Source: an uncultured bacterium
GTDB taxonomy: Bacteria; Krumholzibacteriota; Krumholzibacteriia; Krumholzibacteriales; Krumholzibacteriaceae
DNA length: 51,502 nt
NCBI GenBank assembly: GCA_965371515.1
Contig: CBDUYR010000020.1
Span: 1 to 51,502 of the forward strand
Reading direction: 5' to 3'
In this document: positions 45,832 to 51,502 of the stretch, piece after piece
Numbering within the stretch: the stretch's first letter is position 1
Layout: every line of letters starts with the position of its first letter
Translations under genes and position numbers: made by a program
Notes under the pieces: generated by a model
The model's input: only the letters and a program-made list of their open reading frames with translations
The model's database searches: none
Told to the model about the DNA's origin: nothing

Positions 45832-47583
45832 GTGAACTCGTTCTTCAAGACCTTTTTCGCTTCCCTTCTGGCCATGGTTGTGGCCATAACGGTGGCCTCA
45901 GTGCTGGGGGGCTTAGTCATAGGCGGCGTGATCGCTTCAAAGATGTCAGACAAGCCCAAGATCGAGGACAGCTCCTGGCTCGTAATCGACCTGTACGGTG
46001 GAATAACGGAGTACGACCCGCCGACCAACTTCATCGGCGAGATCGTGGGCGGCAAGGGGGAGACCCTCACGAGGATCCTCTGCAATCTCGATAAGGTCTG
46101 CGTAGACGACCGGATGGAGGGTGTGATCTTCAAGATGTCGTCGAGCAACGCCGCCGGGCGCGCCATGCTCGAGGAGATGCGAGGCGCTGTAAAGAAAGTC
46201 CAGGCATCGGGCAAGAAGGTCTATGGATACTCCGATTCCATGGACAGGCACACATACTATCTGGCCGGCGCCTGCGATTCGCTCTTTATGCCCCCGACCG
46301 CCTATATGAATTTCATCGGCTTGTCGGTCACGACCCAACATGTCAAGGGAATGCTCGAGAAGCTCAAGATCAAGCCGAATCTCCACAGGATCAAGAATTA
46401 CAAGAGTGCCGCCGAGATGATCATCCGCGACGACATGTCGAAGTATTCCCGGGAGAATAAGGACTGGATGCTCGATGAGTACTGGGATCTCTATTGCACG
46501 GCCCTCGAGGAGGACCGCGGGTTAACCGAGGAGCAGATAACCGCCGCGATGGAGAAGGCGCTTTTCCCGATCGAGGATGCCGTGGAGGCAGGCTTCGTCG
46601 ACTCGATAATGTACTGGGACGAACTGGTCGATTTCCTCAAGGGCGATGAGGAGGAGCTCGAGACGGTCTGTCAGGCTACATACGAAAAGGTCCAGCCGAA
46701 GGAGCTCGGCATGGGCGGCAAGAAGAAGATCGCCATTGTTCACGCCCAGGGTATGATCGGCGGCCGCAAGAGCAAGACCGATCCGATGTTCGGGCTCCTG
46801 ATGGGACACGAGACGGTCAACGCCCAGCTTCGCAAGGCACGCAAGGACGACGATGTCGTGGCTGTGATCTTCCGCGTGAACAGCGGGGGAGGAGAGAGCC
46901 TCGCCAGTGACATGATGGGACACGAGGTTGCCATCACGGCGGGGGAGAAGCCGGTCATCGTCTCGATGGTCGACGTCGCCGCTTCGGGCGGTTACATGAT
47001 TGCATACCGCGCGACGAAGATGATCGCCGACGAGATGACAGTCACCGGTTCGATCGGGTCGATCAACATGAAGTTCAATATGAAGGGATTCTACGAGATG
47101 TTCGGCATCACCCATGACTATACGTCGAAGGGGCCGAATGCGATGATGTACTCTCCCTTCCTCGACTTTACGAAGGATGAGCGCGAGATCTTCGAGGCGG
47201 ACCACTGGAAGGGCTTCAACGCATGGCTTCAGGACGTGGCCGATCACCGCGGTATGACCTTCGAGGCTGCCGAGAAGCTTGCGCATGGTCGCGTATGGAC
47301 GGGCCGTCAGGGTGTGGCAAACGGCCTGATCGACGGTACCGGTGGCCTGGACGTGGCAATCGTGATGGCGAGAGAGCTCGCCGGGATCGAGGAGGACGAA
47401 AAGCTCTCGCTCGTACATTACCCGCAGCCGAAGTCGTTCTTCGAGTCGCTCATGGCCGGAGGCGCCTTCTCGACCGCTGCGAGATATGTTGTGTGGCGCT
47501 ATCTTCAGGACGATGTCGCCGAGACGTGGGACATGGTCACAAACCGCCGCATGAACATGATGCCAGAGATGGATATCAGATAG
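45832..47583 (+). CDS. sppA: Signal peptide peptidase SppA (67K type, S49)
   Basis: N-terminal TM, YKSAAE (Lys), RVNSGGG, AASGGY (Ser), TGSIG, GRVWTG. Confidence 0.93.
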   Translation: MNSFFKTFFASLLAMVVAITVASVLGGLVIGGVIASKMSDKPKIEDSSWLVIDLYGGITEYDPPTNFIGEIVGGKGETLTRILCNLDKVCVDDRMEGVIFKMSSSNAAGRAMLEEMRGAVKKVQASGKKVYGYSDSMDRHTYYLAGACDSLFMPPTAYMNFIGLSVTTQHVKGMLEKLKIKPNLHRIKNYKSAAEMIIRDDMSKYSRENKDWMLDEYWDLYCTALEEDRGLTEEQITAAMEKALFPIEDAVEAGFVDSIMYWDELVDFLKGDEEELETVCQATYEKVQPKELGMGGKKKIAIVHAQGMIGGRKSKTDPMFGLLMGHETVNAQLRKARKDDDVVAVIFRVNSGGGESLASDMMGHEVAITAGEKPVIVSMVDVAASGGYMIAYRATKMIADEMTVTGSIGSINMKFNMKGFYEMFGITHDYTSKGPNAMMYSPFLDFTKDEREIFEADHWKGFNAWLQDVADHRGMTFEAAEKLAHGRVWTGRQGVANGLIDGTGGLDVAIVMARELAGIEEDEKLSLVHYPQPKSFFESLMAGGAFSTAARYVVWRYLQDDVAETWDMVTNRRMNMMPEMDIR

Positions 47584-47609
47584 GTCCGCTCATCAGTGAG
47601 AGGGATTGC

Positions 47610-47639
47610 AGGGCCGCGGCGGATGCCGCGGCCCTTTTT
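47610..47639 (+). terminator. Intrinsic terminator after sppA
   Basis: GGGCCGCGGC-GGAT-GCCGCGGCCC-T5. Confidence 0.8.
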
Positions 47640-47659
47640 CCCGGGAAAGGATAGACCCG

Positions 47660-49750
47660 ATGAAGAATCAGCACAGATTCATCCTGGTACTGCTGGCGAC
47701 CGTTCTCATGGCGGCCGTTTCCGTATCGGCAGGCGAGGAGATCGATAAACGCGCCTTCACGGCCGAAGATCTATGGAAGGTCAAGCGGCTCGGCTCGCTC
47801 GAACTGTCGCCGACAGGCCGGCTGGCTGCAGTCGTCGTTACGCAATACTGCATCGACAAGAACAAAGGGGCCGGAGACATCTGGCTCGTCAATACCGACG
47901 GAAGCGGAGCGAGAAGGTTCACGACGGGCGAGACTTCGGAGGGCTCTCCCTCCTGGAGCCCGGACGGGAAGAGGCTGGCGTTCACAGCAAAGCGCGACGG
48001 CGAGAAGGCCCAGCTCCAGATCATCCCGATCGGCGGCGGCGAGGCCGAGGAACTGACCGACATGCCGCTGGGCGTCTCGAGTCCGAGATGGCTTCCCGAC
48101 GGGAAGCGGATTGTCTTCGTTTCTCCCGTGCTGCCCGGCTACGAGGAGGATCTCGACTCGATGAAGGTCGAGATCGAGAAGCGCGGCAAGAGCAAGATTT
48201 CGGCGAAGGTCACAGAAGACGTCTTTTACCGCTACTGGGATCACTGGCTGACAGACGGCTATGTAAACCATCTATTCGTCATCAATCTGGAGACGAGAGA
48301 AGTGACCGACCTGATGACCGGATGGGACCGCCTCACCGGCGCCAGCGGGCTCGGCTACGATATCGCTCCCGACGGCGGGGAGATCGCATTCTCTGCTTTC
48401 CGTTACGGGGCGCCGTACGATTCGCTCACCACCGACATATACCTGGTCGACATCGAGAGCCCGGGAAAGCCGAAGAACCTCACCGCGAGAAACCCGGCCA
48501 ACGATTTTTCGCCATACTACACTCCGGACGGAAAGTACATCCTCTACGGCACGCAGAAGATTGTCGGGTTCTACGGCGACCGTGTGCGGCTTGTCAGGTA
48601 CGACCGCAGCACGCACGGCAAGAAGAAACTGACCGAGTCGTTCGACCGTTCGCCCTCGGGCTGGGTGACCGGCGCGAAGGCGAAGACGATATATTTCCGC
48701 GCCGAGGATCGCGCGATGGGCTCGCTCTTCTCCGTCGGTATCGACGGCGGAGAGGTCAGGGAGATCTACCGGAGCGGATACAACGGGTCGATAGGCGTTA
48801 CACCGAAGAACCGGCTCGTCTTCCTGCACCAGGACAACGCGCAGCCGAATACGGTCTATTCGATCAAGACCAACGGTAAAGGCCTGAAGAAGCTCACAGA
48901 CTTCAATGACGAAATTCTCGCCGACATCGAGTTCGGCGTGATGGAGGATGTCTGGTTCAAGGGCGCCGAGGGCGGGGACGTGCAGATGTTCGTGATGTAT
49001 CCTCCGTTCTTCAACCCGGAAGACCATACGAAGAAGTGGCCGCTGCTCGTGCTCGTCCACGGCGGGCCGCACGGTACCTTCGGCGACGACTTTCATCCGA
49101 GATGGAACACGCAGATCTTCGCCGCGCCGGGTTACGTTCTGGCGATGGTCAACTTCCACGGTTCGTCGAGCTTCGGACAGGACTACACCGACGCCATTAC
49201 CGGCGAACACGGGCGCAAGCCGTACCTGGACGTCATGGCCGCTGTCGACGTGATGCTCGAGGGGGGCTACATCGACGAGAAACGTATGGCGGTTGCCGGC
49301 GGCAGCTACGGCGGATACCTCGTCAGCTGGATCGCTACGCAGACCGACCGGTTCGCGTGCATCATAAACCACGCCGGTGTCTTCGACCTGCTCGTGCAGT
49401 TCGGCTCCGACTGGACCTTTGGAAGGCCGCGCGCCTACGGGGGCAATCCGTGGGACAGCATGGACGATGTGATCCGCTGGTCGCCCGCGCACAACATGGA
49501 GAAATATGTGACGCCGACACTTGTGATCCACGGCGAGCTCGACTACCGCGTGCCGGTCGGCAACGGGCTCGAGGCGTACGGGATGCTCAAGCGAAAGAAC
49601 GTGCCGGCGCGCCTGATATATTTCCCCGACGAAAATCACTGGGTGCTCACCCCGCAGAACTCGATCTTCTGGTACGGTGAATTCCACGGCTGGCTCAAGC
49701 GCTGGATCGGCGCCGGTCCGGACGTACAGTGGCAAGCAGGGTTGAAATGA
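47660..49750 (+). CDS. S9 family peptidase (dipeptidyl-/acylaminoacyl-peptidase), secreted
   Basis: Signal peptide, WSPDG propeller repeats, VHGGPH, GGSYGG, HGELDYRVP, FPDENHW. Confidence 0.95.
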   Translation: MKNQHRFILVLLATVLMAAVSVSAGEEIDKRAFTAEDLWKVKRLGSLELSPTGRLAAVVVTQYCIDKNKGAGDIWLVNTDGSGARRFTTGETSEGSPSWSPDGKRLAFTAKRDGEKAQLQIIPIGGGEAEELTDMPLGVSSPRWLPDGKRIVFVSPVLPGYEEDLDSMKVEIEKRGKSKISAKVTEDVFYRYWDHWLTDGYVNHLFVINLETREVTDLMTGWDRLTGASGLGYDIAPDGGEIAFSAFRYGAPYDSLTTDIYLVDIESPGKPKNLTARNPANDFSPYYTPDGKYILYGTQKIVGFYGDRVRLVRYDRSTHGKKKLTESFDRSPSGWVTGAKAKTIYFRAEDRAMGSLFSVGIDGGEVREIYRSGYNGSIGVTPKNRLVFLHQDNAQPNTVYSIKTNGKGLKKLTDFNDEILADIEFGVMEDVWFKGAEGGDVQMFVMYPPFFNPEDHTKKWPLLVLVHGGPHGTFGDDFHPRWNTQIFAAPGYVLAMVNFHGSSSFGQDYTDAITGEHGRKPYLDVMAAVDVMLEGGYIDEKRMAVAGGSYGGYLVSWIATQTDRFACIINHAGVFDLLVQFGSDWTFGRPRAYGGNPWDSMDDVIRWSPAHNMEKYVTPTLVIHGELDYRVPVGNGLEAYGMLKRKNVPARLIYFPDENHWVLTPQNSIFWYGEFHGWLKRWIGAGPDVQWQAGLK

Positions 49751-49766
49751 ACAGAAAGGAATGAAC

Positions 49767-51502
49767 ATGTCCGCCATGAATGTGCCGGCGGTTAATATAT
49801 CCGCCGCGCTAGGCCTCGTTCTTCTGCTCCTGCCGCTGACTCTGGCAGTCCTGCTTCCGGAAGACGCGCAGGCCTACGACAGATTGACCGGCCGGATGGA
49901 TGCATCGCGCTCCGAGGTCATTGCCGAACACGGCATGGTCTGCTGCTCACATCCGCTCGCCGCACAGATCGGGATCGACATCCTGAAGAAAGGCGGCTCG
50001 GCCGTCGACGCGGCGATAGCGGTAAACGCGGCGCTTGGTCTGATGGAGCCCGTGGCGAACGGCGTCGGCGGCGACCTCTTCGCGATCGTGTGGGACGCGA
50101 AGACACAGAAGCTATACGGACTGAACGCGAGTGGACGCTGCCCCGGGCTGCTCACGATCGAGGATGTGAAGAGTTCGGGATACGAGGAGTACATTCCGTA
50201 CACGGGATTCCTGCCCCAGACCGTGCCCGGCTGCGTCGACGGCTGGTTTTCGCTGCACGAGAAGTTCGGCAGAATTTCGATGAAGGATATCCTCGCCCCG
50301 GCGATAAAGCACGCCGAGGAAGGATTTCCCGTCACCGAGGTCATCGCACATTACTGGGAGCTCGGGAGCAGGCGGCTGAAGGACCAGCCGAATTTCGCCG
50401 CGACCTACATGCCCGGTGGTGCGGCGCCGCGCAAGGGAGAGATCTTCCGCAATCCCGACCTGGCGAAAACACTCAGGCTCATCGCGAAGAAGGGCCGCAG
50501 GGTGTTCTACGAGGGAGATATCGCGAAGACGATCGACAGGTTCTGCGAGAAACACGGAGGCTACCTGCGGCTCGAAGATTTCGAGAAGCACACGTCGACG
50601 TGGGTCGAGCCTGTCGGGACGGATTACCGCGGCTACGACGTCTGGGAGCTCCCGCCGAACGGACAGGGGCTCGCGGCGCTCCAGATGCTCAATGTCCTCG
50701 AGGCGTACGACATCGCCTCAATGGGTTTCGGCAGCGCCGACTACCTGCATTTATTAATAGAGGCGAAGAAGCTTGCCTTCGAGGACCGCGCGAAGTTCTA
50801 TTCCGATCCGGCGTTCAACGATATCCCTGTCGACGGACTCGTCTCGAAGGAATATGCCGCGATGCGCCGCGAGTTGATCAGCCCCGACAGGGCGCTGAGG
50901 CAGATCGGCGCGGGCGACCCGATACTCGAGACGGGGGAGACGACATACCTCGTCGTAGCCGACAGGGACCGCAACTTCGTCTCGCTGATCCAGAGCAACT
51001 ACGCCGGCTTCGGTTCGGGCCCGGTCCCCGACGGCCTCGGATTCTGTCTCCAGGACCGTGGAGCCCTCTTCAATCTCGACCCGGAGCATCCCAACTCTCT
51101 CGAGCCGGGCAAGCGGCCCTTCCACACGATCATCCCCGCCTTTGTTACGAAGGACGGTTCGCCAGTATTCGCATTCGGAGTGATGGGGGGCTCGATGCAG
51201 CCCCAGGGCCACGTCCAAGTACTGTGCAACATCATCGATTTCGGGATGGGGATACAGGAGGCGGGCGATGCGCCGAGGATAAGGCATTACGGATCGTCAC
51301 AGCCGACCGGCCAGCTGATGACCGACGGCGGGCGCGTTGTATTCGAGAGCGGGATCCTGCCCGAGGTGATCCGCGAGCTCGTCTCGCGCGGTCACACGGT
51401 CGGCAAGGAGAACGGCGGATACGGCGGCTACCAGGGTATCTGGTACGACTGGGAGAAGAACGTTCTTATCGGCGGAACCGAGTCGCGCAAGGACGGCTGC
51501 GC
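49767..51502 (+). CDS. ggt: Gamma-glutamyltransferase (3' end just outside the window)
   Basis: Translated by hand: signal peptide, GGSAVDAAIA, GVGGDLF, TVPG, ELPPNGQG, nucleophile TTYL..LIQSNY, PGKRPFHTIIP, GVMGG.MQPQGH, ESRKDGCA. Confidence 0.95.
   Translation, partial: MSAMNVPAVNISAALGLVLLLLPLTLAVLLPEDAQAYDRLTGRMDASRSEVIAEHGMVCCSHPLAAQIGIDILKKGGSAVDAAIAVNAALGLMEPVANGVGGDLFAIVWDAKTQKLYGLNASGRCPGLLTIEDVKSSGYEEYIPYTGFLPQTVPGCVDGWFSLHEKFGRISMKDILAPAIKHAEEGFPVTEVIAHYWELGSRRLKDQPNFAATYMPGGAAPRKGEIFRNPDLAKTLRLIAKKGRRVFYEGDIAKTIDRFCEKHGGYLRLEDFEKHTSTWVEPVGTDYRGYDVWELPPNGQGLAALQMLNVLEAYDIASMGFGSADYLHLLIEAKKLAFEDRAKFYSDPAFNDIPVDGLVSKEYAAMRRELISPDRALRQIGAGDPILETGETTYLVVADRDRNFVSLIQSNYAGFGSGPVPDGLGFCLQDRGALFNLDPEHPNSLEPGKRPFHTIIPAFVTKDGSPVFAFGVMGGSMQPQGHVQVLCNIIDFGMGIQEAGDAPRIRHYGSSQPTGQLMTDGGRVVFESGILPEVIRELVSRGHTVGKENGGYGGYQGIWYDWEKNVLIGGTESRKDGC

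Overview
Gene-dense, roughly 60% GC bacterial chromosomal segment from a diderm anaerobe. FlgD-Ig 'YQNxPNPFNP' C-terminal domains and the gene set fit an FCB-group lineage such as Latescibacterota/Krumholzibacteriota (inference only). I found no rRNA, tRNA, CRISPR array or mobile element. Contents in order: partial Omp85-like gene, ogt, Smr protein, PrsA-like PPIase, glgP, nrdD-nrdG under a cobalamin riboswitch plus tandem NrdR boxes, a receiver protein, gdhA, a secreted fibre-like/CTD pair, a PerR-headed oxidative-stress operon (TIGR02757 protein, permease-HMA, rbr, dfx, ferritin, fprA), Rrf2 plus a 4Fe-4S protein, a KamA-like radical SAM gene, an unannotated three-gene operon, an ECF sigma/anti-sigma pair, a TPR-CHAT protease, a ~2,840-aa metzincin surface protein with a small partner, arfB, a pentaheme cytochrome plus a Cyc2-like cytochrome-porin, a ferritin-like protein, sppA, an S9 peptidase and a partial ggt. 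The best candidate for a new system is the operon at 23148-27187. It encodes a membrane-anchored Lon-type (Ser-Lys) protease with an extracytoplasmic FG-GAP-like domain, a divergent sigma-like protein and a soluble zinc anti-sigma-like protein. This reads as a possible protease-receptor signalling cascade reminiscent of CalpL/T/S but without CRISPR or SAVED.
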